A DNA stretch of 64,000 bases from Gemmatimonadota bacterium (lineage in GTDB: Bacteria > Gemmatimonadota > Gemmatimonadetes > Gemmatimonadales > GWC2-71-9): assembly GCA_025358055.1 (NCBI GenBank), contig JANYKV010000121.1, forward strand, positions 585 to 64,584, given 5' to 3'. Position numbers and translations under genes: made by a program. Position 1 is the stretch's first letter, and every line of letters starts with the position of its first letter. The notes under the pieces are model-generated. The model saw nothing but the letters and a program-made list of their open reading frames with translations, ran no database searches and was not told the DNA's origin. Below, piece after piece: positions 28,862 to 38,224 of this stretch.

Positions 28862-31543
28862 GTGAGGAGGCTCTTTCGTCTGGCCACCGGTCGATCCACC
28901 AGCGACGAAGACTTCGCCGCCGAAGCCAAACTTCATGTGGACCTTCGCACGCAGGAACTCATCGAGGGAGGGATGTCTCCCGCCGCGGCCCGGGAGGCTG
29001 CGTCCAGGCACTTCGGGGATCTGGAGCGGATTAGCCGGAGTTGCCGAGAGATAGACCAGAATCGGGAGCGATCGATGCGGCGGACCGAATTGTTCCAAGA
29101 GCTGCGACATGATGTGCGATTTGCCTATCGCACCCTCGTCCGGAGCCCCGCGTTCACCGTCGTTGCGATTCTCACCCTCGCTCTTGGCATCGGTGCCACC
29201 GCGGCGATGTTTACCGTTGTAAACGGGGTACTCCTGCGCCCCTTGCCCTATCCGAACGCTCCGGGCTTGGTGCTCGTTTGGACGACACCCAAATCCTCGC
29301 CTGGAGTGGAGTGGCCGTTCGCGGCCGGGAATTTTCTCGATCTCCGCAACGAGTCGCGCGTCTTGGAGCATGTGAGCGCCTTTCGCGCGCGATCCTTCAT
29401 CCTCACGAGCGACGGCAATTCGGAACTGCTCGAAGGTGCCCGAGTCACCGCCGGATTTTTCGAGGCGTTGGGAATGCAGCCGTTGCTTGGTCGGACGATC
29501 GCAACGGAGGATGACCGAGCCGGGGCGCCGCACGTTGTCCTTCTAGGTTACGGGCTGTGGCAGCGCCGGTTTGGCGGCGATCCGAACATCCTTGGCCAGC
29601 TCGTGGCCCTCAACGATAGCAGTTATCAAGTGGTCGGCGTCATGCCCAAGGGTTTTGCCTTCCCGAGAGGGGCGGAATTGCCGAGCGGCCTCGGATTTCC
29701 GGGGCGCTCCGAGCTGTGGATTCCCATGGCTTTTCTCCCCGCGGATGCCGAGAACCGAGGGAGTCAGAATCTCGCAGTCGTGGGCCTTCTCAAATCCGGT
29801 CGTACGGTGGAGGATGCGCGAGCGGATATCGCGCTCTTTTGGCGCGGGCTGATCCAACGAGTTCCGCCGCTGGCGGAGGTCTTGTCGCCTTTGGTGGTCG
29901 CGCTGCAGGATGATGCCACCCACGGCATTCGTCGCTCACTGATCGTGTTGCTTGGGGCGGTCGCATTCCTTTTGCTCATCGCCTGCGCCAACGTTTCCAA
30001 CCTGCTGCTCACCCGGTCGACGGCGCGCCATCGCGAAGTGGCCATTCGGGTTGCACTGGGCGCGGGAAACCGGCGGTTGGCCCGCCAATTCCTCGTTGAG
30101 AATCTTCTGTTGGCCTTGGCGGGTGGCGCGTGCGGCGTGCTTCTAGCCGTGGCCGGTAAGGGAGCGCTTTTCGGGATGCTACCCGGCCACCTTCCGCGGG
30201 TGGACGATATCACCGTCGACTGGAGCGTGCTGGCCTTGATGCTCGGGATCGTCATCGTCGCAGGCATCGCCTTCGGTATCACCACGGCCGCCCACATGAC
30301 GCGGAGTGATCATAGCGAGGTCTTGCGCGGTACTGGGAAATCCAGCGTGGGCCGGGCCCACCGCCGCACCCGACAAGGGCTCATCGTGGCCGAGGTGGCC
30401 CTCTCGTTCATTTTGCTGGCCGGGGCCGCGGCGTTGGGCCGGAGTTTCATCGTGCTGCAGCGGGTGCAGTCCGGCATGGATTCGCAGGGCGTATTCACGG
30501 CCCAACTGATTCTGCCCCTTACCGAAACGTTCGACCCCGCGCGCGATCCGCCTCGCTGGGCCCGCTTCTTCCGTGAAATCACCGATCGTCTGGCGACCCG
30601 CCCTGGTGTCATCGCGGCCGGAGCCGTGACCGCCCTGCCCTTGAGCGGGGCCTGGGAGAGCACCGGTTTCTCAATTGAAGGCCGGCCGGCCGCTGAACCT
30701 GGACAAACCCCCATAGCCCAATACGCCGGTGTGTCGGATGGCTATTTTCGCGCACTCAGGATCCCGCTTCGGTCCGGCCGATTCTTTGGCGCCGAGGAAC
30801 GAAGGGACTCCGCCACCAGCATGATCATCAGCGAATCGATGGCCGCTCGCTACTTCCCGGGAGAGAACCCTATTGGCCGCAGGATCAAAGCCTTCTTCCC
30901 ATTCGCGCTGGAGATCGTTGGCGTCGTTGGCGATGTGCGGCAAACGACGCTGGACTCGCCCATCGTGCCAAGTATCTATTTCCCGCTCGCCGAGTACCCT
31001 GCGCCGAACATGAGCATCGTGGTACGAAGCCAGCAAGACGCTCGTGCGCTCGAATCGCTCTTGCGCGAGGTTCTGAAGGAAGTGGACCCCGGCATTCCAC
31101 TGAGCCGGCCCGAGACCATGTTGGACGTCCTCGCGGGGTCACTCGCCCAGCAGCGCTTCAGTCTCATTCTGCTCGCCTTCTTCGCGTGCGCTGCGCTCGG
31201 TCTCGCGACCGTGGGGATCTACGGCGTTATCGCGAACGTGGTCAGTGGCCGAACCCGTGAGCTTGGCATTCGCCTCGCCCTCGGGGCCGAGCCCAAGGCC
31301 GTTCGCCTGCTGGTGCTTCGCGATGGGCTTGTGCTTTCGGGCCTCGGGGTGGTGATCGGGGGACTCGGCGCAATGGCTCTCGGCCGCGTACTTGCCAGCC
31401 TCGTTTACGCCGTGAACCCGGTTGATCCGCTGGCCCTGGCTTGCGTCGCTGTTCTCCTGTTGGGTGTCGGTACGGCCGCTTCGATCCTCCCGGCACTGCG
31501 GGCTATGCGGATTGACCCGATCGCAGCGCTGCGCGCGGAGTAG
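28862..31543 (+). CDS. Duplicated FtsX/MacB-type ABC permease (ADOP family), no cognate ATPase nearby
   Basis: GTG 28862, 4 nt after the padR stop. N-terminal prefix VRRLFRLATGRSTSDEDFAAE...H. Two MacB-periplasmic plus 4-TM FtsX modules (...IACANVSNLLL... and C-terminal RAMRIDPIAALRAE). Confidence 0.85.
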   Translation: MRRLFRLATGRSTSDEDFAAEAKLHVDLRTQELIEGGMSPAAAREAASRHFGDLERISRSCREIDQNRERSMRRTELFQELRHDVRFAYRTLVRSPAFTVVAILTLALGIGATAAMFTVVNGVLLRPLPYPNAPGLVLVWTTPKSSPGVEWPFAAGNFLDLRNESRVLEHVSAFRARSFILTSDGNSELLEGARVTAGFFEALGMQPLLGRTIATEDDRAGAPHVVLLGYGLWQRRFGGDPNILGQLVALNDSSYQVVGVMPKGFAFPRGAELPSGLGFPGRSELWIPMAFLPADAENRGSQNLAVVGLLKSGRTVEDARADIALFWRGLIQRVPPLAEVLSPLVVALQDDATHGIRRSLIVLLGAVAFLLLIACANVSNLLLTRSTARHREVAIRVALGAGNRRLARQFLVENLLLALAGGACGVLLAVAGKGALFGMLPGHLPRVDDITVDWSVLALMLGIVIVAGIAFGITTAAHMTRSDHSEVLRGTGKSSVGRAHRRTRQGLIVAEVALSFILLAGAAALGRSFIVLQRVQSGMDSQGVFTAQLILPLTETFDPARDPPRWARFFREITDRLATRPGVIAAGAVTALPLSGAWESTGFSIEGRPAAEPGQTPIAQYAGVSDGYFRALRIPLRSGRFFGAEERRDSATSMIISESMAARYFPGENPIGRRIKAFFPFALEIVGVVGDVRQTTLDSPIVPSIYFPLAEYPAPNMSIVVRSQQDARALESLLREVLKEVDPGIPLSRPETMLDVLAGSLAQQRFSLILLAFFACAALGLATVGIYGVIANVVSGRTRELGIRLALGAEPKAVRLLVLRDGLVLSGLGVVIGGLGAMALGRVLASLVYAVNPVDPLALACVAVLLLGVGTAASILPALRAMRIDPIAALRAE

Positions 31544-31566
31544 ACCGCTCGATCCTGGGAGTTGCC

Positions 31567-34257
31567 ATGCCTGAGAGACCAACGCTCCGTCGTCTGTTTC
31601 GGCTCGCAACCGGCCGATCCACCGTCGAAGAGGACGCGAGGGACGAACTCACCCTCCATGCGGAGCTTCTGACCCAGGAACTCGTCGACGCCGGCATGCC
31701 GCCACAAGAGGCATCCGCCGAGGCAACTCGGCGCCTGGGCAATCTCTCCCGAATCACTCGCGAGATGATCCGCATCGATCGGAAGCGCAGAAACTCGGCG
31801 GGCCGAGCCGAGTTCATCAATCAGTTACTCCTCGAAATTCGGTACGCTTTTCGGCGTCTCCTACGCGCCCCGGCGGTTTCGATCGGGGCGATCGCTGCCT
31901 TCGCCATCGGCATCGGTGCCACGACGACGATGTTTTCGATCGGGCATAGCATCATGACCCCCCTTCCGTTTCCCGAGCCCGACCGCATGGTGATGATCCT
32001 GGGGACCGATCGGGTCAAACGACTGCGCCGAGTCGGCGACCTGGGTCTCCGGGCGCGAGAATTCCTAGATATTCGGGAGCAGAACCGCACCCTCACCCAG
32101 GTCGCGGTATTTGCGTCCGACGGATTCCACCTGGGCGATGGCCGGAGCGCCGCGGAACGGGTGCGAGGGGCCCGGGTTACGGGGCGGCTCTTTACCTTGC
32201 TCGGCGTGCAGCCTGAAATCGGGAGAGAGATCCTGCCCTCCGACGAGACTCCAGGCGCTTCCCCGGTCGTGGTCTTGGGCCATAAGCTCTGGCGCGACCG
32301 CTTCGGGGGCGATCCTGGCGTTCTGGGGAGCACGATTAGGGTCAGCGGAACGCTTGCGACTGTGATTGGTGTGATGCCGGCGGACTTCGCGTTTCCCGGG
32401 TTTGAGAGTATCTGGATGCCCCTAGCGGTGGACCGCATCACCGCTACGAAGGATACCTCGCCGCAGTACGAGGTCATCGGTCGCCTCCGAGATCGCGTGT
32501 CGATCGATCAGGCCCGCGCTGAGGTCATACGCTTGGGTGCCACGATCACCGCCGATCGAGGAGGCCATCTCGATCGCGAAGGCCTCACCGTTCTGCCGGC
32601 CGCCAACTGGTCCATTCAGCCTGAAGGGCGGCTGCGACTCTACGGTATGACCCTGATCATCTCATTCGTCCTCCTGATCGCCTGCGCGAACGTCGCCAAC
32701 CTCCTCATTGCGCGGGCGGCGGCAAAGAGTCAAGAAACCGCTGTTCGCGTGTCGCTCGGAGCCTCGCGATTCGCAATCGTTCGATCCTTCGCGACCGAGT
32801 GCCTGATCCTGGCACTCATCGGCGGAAGCCTGGCCGCCTGCCTGGCTCAGGTCGGCGTCACGCTGTTCGGTCGAGCCGTAGCGTTCGAATTGCCTAGCTG
32901 GATTCATTTCGGCGTGGATCGGACGATTCTCCTGTTCGTGTTCGGCCTGATTCTTCTCAGTGCCTTGGCGACCGGGCTCGTACCTGGGAGCCGGTCGGCC
33001 AACGTGAATCCGGCGGATCTGCTCCGTGGAGCAGTGGCTGGGGGTACCCAATTTCGATTGGCACGCTTAAGCCAGGGGCTCGTCACTATACAGGTTGCGC
33101 TGGCCGCCACCTTGTTGATCATCGCGGGCCTCATTATTGAAGGCGACCTGATCTCCCTCGGCCGGACCCCGGTCCGCGCACCGGAAGAGATTGCAAGCGG
33201 CCGGATCGAGCTTCGTACGGAGGCGTACCCCACCGCGGTCGAACAGGGTCGGTTTGTCACGGAGGTCCTGGATCGATTACGGCAAATTCCCGGTGCGACG
33301 GCGGTCGCCGCCGGAACCGCGACACCGGGCTTCGGTGGTCCGACCCTCGAATTCGAAACCTCCGGAACCGCTTCGGATCCGAAGCACCCGCTCCAGGTAG
33401 CCGTTTCGGCCGTCTCTCCGGATTTCTTTGCCACGTTTGGTATCCCAATCCTCTCCGGACGGGAGTTCGCCATCACAGATAGGGTTGGAGGAACTCGAGT
33501 TGCGATCGTGACCCAGCGGTTCGCCGCGCGATATCTTCACGACCGGTCGGCGGTGGGAAGCACGATCAGGATCGGCGATCCTCGCGCGCCGTTTCATCCC
33601 AACACAGCTCGGCCGGAATGGGTGACGATCGTGGGAATAGTGGCCGATGTGCCCGCGGTCGACGCGAATGCGTTCGACGAAAGCGGGGTCTTTCTTCCGA
33701 TACTCCAAGTGGGTGACGAACGGGTGGCTTTCGCCATCCGAGGCAAAGGAGCCCCAGCCGATTTGCTCAAACCGTTCCGCCAGGCCGTGTTCGCTGTCGA
33801 TCCTGATGTTCCGGTGTTTGGGGCGGGCTTGCTCTCCGAGAAGTATGCCGAGGCTACGGCCTCGCAGAAGGTCTTTAGCGGATTGTTCGCGGCCTTTGGC
33901 CTGGCTGGGTTGGTGCTGGCCTCGGTCGGGCTCTTCGCGCTTGTCGCGTTACGCGTTCGCCAACGGGCGCGCGAAATCGGGATCCGAATGGCCCTGGGGG
34001 AACCTGGCCGAACGATTCTCTGGAGCCTTACGAATGGAGTGGGGCGGCGAATCGCCGTCGGCCTGGCGATCGGGGTGGGTCTCGCCTACCTGTTGGCGCC
34101 CCTGCTGGGTGAGGTGCTATTGGGCGCGTCTCCACACGATCCGTTGATCTTCGGCGGAGTGACCGGCGCCATCGTCCTGGTGAGTGGGCTCGCCGTCCTG
34201 CTCCCAGCCTATCGGGCACTTCGGCTGGACCCGATCGCCGCGTTGCGTTCGGAGTAG
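31567..34257 (+). CDS. Duplicated FtsX/MacB-type ABC permease (ADOP family), paralog 2
   Basis: Same prefix (LRRLFRLATGRSTVEEDARDE...H). IACANVANLLIAR. C-terminal RALRLDPIAALRSE. Confidence 0.85.
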   Translation: MPERPTLRRLFRLATGRSTVEEDARDELTLHAELLTQELVDAGMPPQEASAEATRRLGNLSRITREMIRIDRKRRNSAGRAEFINQLLLEIRYAFRRLLRAPAVSIGAIAAFAIGIGATTTMFSIGHSIMTPLPFPEPDRMVMILGTDRVKRLRRVGDLGLRAREFLDIREQNRTLTQVAVFASDGFHLGDGRSAAERVRGARVTGRLFTLLGVQPEIGREILPSDETPGASPVVVLGHKLWRDRFGGDPGVLGSTIRVSGTLATVIGVMPADFAFPGFESIWMPLAVDRITATKDTSPQYEVIGRLRDRVSIDQARAEVIRLGATITADRGGHLDREGLTVLPAANWSIQPEGRLRLYGMTLIISFVLLIACANVANLLIARAAAKSQETAVRVSLGASRFAIVRSFATECLILALIGGSLAACLAQVGVTLFGRAVAFELPSWIHFGVDRTILLFVFGLILLSALATGLVPGSRSANVNPADLLRGAVAGGTQFRLARLSQGLVTIQVALAATLLIIAGLIIEGDLISLGRTPVRAPEEIASGRIELRTEAYPTAVEQGRFVTEVLDRLRQIPGATAVAAGTATPGFGGPTLEFETSGTASDPKHPLQVAVSAVSPDFFATFGIPILSGREFAITDRVGGTRVAIVTQRFAARYLHDRSAVGSTIRIGDPRAPFHPNTARPEWVTIVGIVADVPAVDANAFDESGVFLPILQVGDERVAFAIRGKGAPADLLKPFRQAVFAVDPDVPVFGAGLLSEKYAEATASQKVFSGLFAAFGLAGLVLASVGLFALVALRVRQRAREIGIRMALGEPGRTILWSLTNGVGRRIAVGLAIGVGLAYLLAPLLGEVLLGASPHDPLIFGGVTGAIVLVSGLAVLLPAYRALRLDPIAALRSE

Positions 34258-34268
34258 CTCCACTCCTC

Positions 34269-34308
34269 TTGACCTTCTATAGAAGTGAGATATCTTCTCC
34301 TGTAGAAG
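34269..34308 (+). promoter_or_regulatory. Putative sigma-70 promoter plus palindromic operators upstream of padR-2
   Basis: TTGACC (34269-34274), 16 nt, TATCTT (34291-34296). Perfect 12-bp palindrome CTTCTATAGAAG (34274-34285) and CTTCT-N5-AGAAG (34294-34308). Confidence 0.45.
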
Positions 34309-34323
34309 CTTGAGAGGATACCC

Positions 34324-34653
34324 ATGTCCCCATCGACCGATCTGCTGCAAGGCACCCTCGACCTCCTCGTGCTCAAGGTCCTCGCGCGGGACTCCACCCA
34401 CGGATGGGGTATCGCCCAGAGGATTCTCGAGGTGTCCCGTGAAGTGCTCGCCGTCAACCAAGGCTCTTTGTATCCAGCCCTCCACCGGCTGGAAGATCGG
34501 GGCTGGGTTACCGGAAGCTGGGGCATCACCGAGAACAACCGGCGAGCCCGGTACTACCAGTTAACCTCGGCGGGGCGCCGTCAGCTCGAGTTGGAGCGCG
34601 GGGAATGGAACCGGTTCAGCGGTGCCGTCGAAGCAATTCTCCGGTCCGCCTGA
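34324..34653 (+). CDS. PadR-family transcriptional regulator (paralog 2)
   Basis: LQGTLDLLVLKVLARDSTHGWGIAQRI...NQGSLYPALHRLEDRGWV...NNRRARYYQLT. Confidence 0.9.
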   Translation: MSPSTDLLQGTLDLLVLKVLARDSTHGWGIAQRILEVSREVLAVNQGSLYPALHRLEDRGWVTGSWGITENNRRARYYQLTSAGRRQLELERGEWNRFSGAVEAILRSA

Positions 34654-34656
34654 CCG

Positions 34657-37278
34657 ATGATCTCACCTCCTCGGGCTCTTCGCCGCCTTCTCGCTTGGTT
34701 TCGGTCCTGGAGCCTCGACCGAGAGACCCAAGAGGAAATGGATTTCCATCTCGAAATGGAAGCAGCGAAGTACGAAGCGCAGGGGACCCCCCCTGCGGCC
34801 TCCGCTCGGCTGGCGAAACGAGAGTTCGGAAATACCACCAGGGTTCGCGAAGAAGTTCGAGACGCGCACGGGCTGGCCTGGTGGGATGACCTCTGGCAGG
34901 ACATCCGTTTCGCGGTTCGCTCCATTCGCCGATCGCCCGGCTTCCACGCGTTGCTGATCGGGACACTTGTCTTGGGGATCGGGCTCACGACGGTCATCGT
35001 GAGCGTGGTCGACGCGATAATGCTTCGGCCGGGTCCGTATGTGGACGTCGCGCATACCGTCAATCTCGGGGAGCGGCGCGCTGATGGTTCGGTGGATGTC
35101 GATCTTCGCCCAACGGCCTATGACCTATGGCAAGGTCAACCCAGCGTATTCGACGCGACCGCATGGTATGATATTCGTGGAGCGGAATACCGGGGTCCAA
35201 CGGCACCAGAAAGTCTCATTGCGTCGCAGGTCTCTCCCGACTTCTTCCCGATACTACGGGCCCCCGCTTTTCGTGGTCGTACTTTCCAACCCGGCGACAT
35301 CGATTCCGGAGCCGGATCGCTTGCGGTGGTCAGCTATTCCTTCTGGCGGGTAAGGCTCCAGGGCGACCTGAATGCCATCGGACGAACGCTCGTTTTCGAT
35401 GGGATGCCCCATACCCTGATCGGGGTCATGCCGGCCGATTTCGGCTACCCAGAGCGGCGCACCGAAGTGTGGTTTTTGACGGCGCGGAAGGCGCCTCATG
35501 ATGGCGCCTTGTCCTTCATCGGACACATCCGAACCGATCTGGTAACCGCGCAGCTGGCGGTCGACAACGTCGGTAGAATCCTCGCGCCGGAACACGAATG
35601 GCTGAAGGACTTCAGGTGGGCCTTGGCGCCGTTCCCGGTCCGACGACTCAACCCTGACGTCGTTTTGGGACTGAAGGTGCTGGCGGCTGCTGCGTTCTGC
35701 GTTCTATTGATCGCTTGTGTCAATGGCGCGAATTTATTGCTTTTCCGGGGCGTCACTCGCCGCCGCGAGTTCGCGGTCCGTCTCGCCCTTGGCTCCGGGC
35801 GGTGGCGCCTCGTCCGTCTCGTGCTGGTAGAAAGCTTGGGGCTCGCGGCTGTGGCTGGCAGCTTGGCGATCCTCCTTTCCTTCGTTGGCGTTGCGACAGT
35901 CGCGCACTCCATTCCAATCGACTTTACTTGGACGTCATTTCACGACATCGAAGTGAGTCGCCGGGTCTTGGCTTTCACGGGCATTCTCTCCCTGGCGACC
36001 GGCGCTCTCTTTGGGTGCCTTCCCGCGCTTCGCGCTGGACGGGCCGACGCGCAGGTTTTTCGCCTCGGGCGGCTCGCGGGTGGCGCCAGACATCGCGGAT
36101 CGCTCCGACATGCCCTCGTCGGAGGCGAGATTGCCTTCTCGGCCGCGTTGCTCCTTGCCGCCGGACTCTTCGTCCACAGCTTTCTCCGGTTGACATCGGT
36201 CCGGCCCGGGATCGATGTGGCTCGTTTACTGGCCCTGCACGTGGGCATGTCGTCGAGCCGATTTCCGGACAGCGCCAGCCGGCGGAGTTTTCTCGGGCGG
36301 CTCGAGGAAGCACTCACTCGAACCCCTGGGGTGGTTGGGATAACCCTTGCGGCGGGCTTACCTCCGATGTCCGGTGGTCTCCGCTTTGCGGAGCACATCG
36401 AGGTGGAAGGCGATACGCCGCCTGCCGGTCAGCCCGGAATTATTCCGAACACGGCGGTAGACGTCGACTACTTTCGAACCGTGGGCACGCCGATCCTTCT
36501 CGGTCGCTCCTTTACCCAGGCGGATGTGCGAGATCCGGCCCGTCCCGTCATTGTCGATCCTGATTTTGCGAGATGGCTCTGGCCGGAACGCAGCCCCATC
36601 GGACGCCGGTTTCGCTTCTCGTCGACTGAGGGTTGGCTCACTGTCGTCGGGGTTGCGGCGGATGCGAAGCTGTTCGGGCCGGATGACCGGCAAGGGCGGT
36701 TTGAGCTCTACTACCCCGCGGATCCCCACGAGTTTCAAGGCGAGATTGCCATCGGAATTCGATCCGCAGGGGATCCTCGTCTTCTCCTGGAGCCCATCCA
36801 AAGCCTCATGAGGCGATTCGACCCGGTCATGCCCGTGTGGTCGATAAGCACTCTCGAAGACGAGTTTGGAGCCGCAGTGTCGAAGCCGCGATTTCTCACG
36901 GACTTGGTCCTGGGGTTTGCTACGACCGCCCTGTCCCTGATGCTGATCGGTTTGTACGGGGTGCTTTCCTACTCCGTGAGCGAGCGGACCGGGGAAATCG
37001 GCCTGCGGTTGGCCTTGGGCGCGAACCCACATGGTATCATCGCCCTGTTCATGCGTCAGGGGTCGGTGGTCATCGCGGTCGGTGTCGCGGTAGGGTTGCT
37101 GCTGGCGTTAGCCGCTTCGCGCTTGATTGGTAGCCTGCTGTTTGGGGTGACGCCATACGACCCGGCCATCTTCACAATTGTGCCTTGCCTGATTTTTGGC
37201 GTGAGCCTGCTGGCCTCGTTCGTGGCTGTTCGACGGGCCAGTAACGTGGACCCGATGACCGTACTCCGGGTGGAATAG
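34657..37278 (+). CDS. Duplicated FtsX/MacB-type ABC permease (ADOP family), paralog 3
   Basis: ATG 3 nt after the padR-2 stop. Prefix region RRLLAWFRSWSLDRETQEEMDFHLE. IACVNGANLLLFR. C-terminal RRASNVDPMTVLRVE. Confidence 0.85.
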   Translation: MISPPRALRRLLAWFRSWSLDRETQEEMDFHLEMEAAKYEAQGTPPAASARLAKREFGNTTRVREEVRDAHGLAWWDDLWQDIRFAVRSIRRSPGFHALLIGTLVLGIGLTTVIVSVVDAIMLRPGPYVDVAHTVNLGERRADGSVDVDLRPTAYDLWQGQPSVFDATAWYDIRGAEYRGPTAPESLIASQVSPDFFPILRAPAFRGRTFQPGDIDSGAGSLAVVSYSFWRVRLQGDLNAIGRTLVFDGMPHTLIGVMPADFGYPERRTEVWFLTARKAPHDGALSFIGHIRTDLVTAQLAVDNVGRILAPEHEWLKDFRWALAPFPVRRLNPDVVLGLKVLAAAAFCVLLIACVNGANLLLFRGVTRRREFAVRLALGSGRWRLVRLVLVESLGLAAVAGSLAILLSFVGVATVAHSIPIDFTWTSFHDIEVSRRVLAFTGILSLATGALFGCLPALRAGRADAQVFRLGRLAGGARHRGSLRHALVGGEIAFSAALLLAAGLFVHSFLRLTSVRPGIDVARLLALHVGMSSSRFPDSASRRSFLGRLEEALTRTPGVVGITLAAGLPPMSGGLRFAEHIEVEGDTPPAGQPGIIPNTAVDVDYFRTVGTPILLGRSFTQADVRDPARPVIVDPDFARWLWPERSPIGRRFRFSSTEGWLTVVGVAADAKLFGPDDRQGRFELYYPADPHEFQGEIAIGIRSAGDPRLLLEPIQSLMRRFDPVMPVWSISTLEDEFGAAVSKPRFLTDLVLGFATTALSLMLIGLYGVLSYSVSERTGEIGLRLALGANPHGIIALFMRQGSVVIAVGVAVGLLLALAASRLIGSLLFGVTPYDPAIFTIVPCLIFGVSLLASFVAVRRASNVDPMTVLRVE

Positions 37279-37281
37279 CCT

Positions 37282-37638
37282 TCAGTCAGTCCCCTTTCTT
37301 CCCGTTCCCTTTTCCCTTTTCCCCGTTTTCTTCGTCCACCGATCGACATCCCGGCTCTCGACTTTGTCCATCATCCGGTCGAAGGCGACTTCCAAATCCA
37401 GCCCTTCCCGGTTGGCCATGCAGATCAGAACGAACAGAATGTCCGCCATCTCCATGGCCATGTCCCCTTCGGGCTCTTCCTTTTTCTTCGTCTTCTGCCC
37501 GAACTGGTGGTTGACCTCGCGGGCCAGCTCACCGACCTCTTCGGTGAGCCGTGCGAGGTTCGTGAGCGGATGGAAATAGCCCTCCTCGAATTGGGAGATC
37601 CATCGATCCACGCGCTGTTGGGCTTCCTTCAAAGGCAT
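37282..37638 (-). CDS. MazG-like nucleotide pyrophosphohydrolase
   Basis: LTEEVGELAREV and EMADILFVLICMAN (EExxE / ExxD helices of the MazG fold). Lys/Gly-rich tail. Confidence 0.75.
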   Translation of the reverse strand: MPLKEAQQRVDRWISQFEEGYFHPLTNLARLTEEVGELAREVNHQFGQKTKKKEEPEGDMAMEMADILFVLICMANREGLDLEVAFDRMMDKVESRDVDRWTKKTGKREKGTGRKGTD

Positions 37639-37648
37639 CCTCGGTTTC

Positions 37649-38128
37649 TCAGGCTTTCGTGTAGACGAGCGTCGATTCCATTTTGCCTTGTGGTGTATCG
37701 GACGTTCGGTGGATCGTCAGCGTTTTTCCGTCGGCCGAGAGATCCCACAGGTCAATCGAAGTGACGGTCATGGCATTTCCACCCATGTTCATGGAGCGAA
37801 CCGAACTGGTCTGGAGTTTCTTGCCGTCCTCCATCCACTTGGCCGTGAGCTTCGCGGTGCCGGGCATCCGGCCGGTCATCTCAGCGGTCGTTTCGCTGCC
37901 GTCCAGATTGTAGGTGAACTTGGTCGTCGGCATCGCCTGACCACCCATCGTCGAGGTCGATTCATTCGTCAAGGTCTTGGCGTCTTGACTGATCACCAGC
38001 TTCTGAGAGTCCAAGTTCTGCATCATCCGCGGAAGCTGACTCTTCGCCTTGTCGAGGGTCCAGGTGCCGGCGTAGTTGGTTGGCGCAAGCACTACCAGCG
38101 TCAACAAGGTGGTGAAAAGACTCATCAT
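37649..38128 (-). CDS. Secreted hypothetical protein (lipocalin-like beta-rich)
   Basis: Signal peptide MMSLFTTLLTLVVLAPTNYA. YAGTWTLD start is typical of lipocalin-like domains. No catalytic motif. Confidence 0.55.
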   Translation of the reverse strand: MMSLFTTLLTLVVLAPTNYAGTWTLDKAKSQLPRMMQNLDSQKLVISQDAKTLTNESTSTMGGQAMPTTKFTYNLDGSETTAEMTGRMPGTAKLTAKWMEDGKKLQTSSVRSMNMGGNAMTVTSIDLWDLSADGKTLTIHRTSDTPQGKMESTLVYTKA

Positions 38129-38224
38129 TGAGGTAACTCCTTGGAGCGAGAAAGTTTGTCCAATACATGAACCAGTCGCAACGATACTACGGCCGCTATC
38201 GGTGGCCCGTTGAGATCGGGCCGG

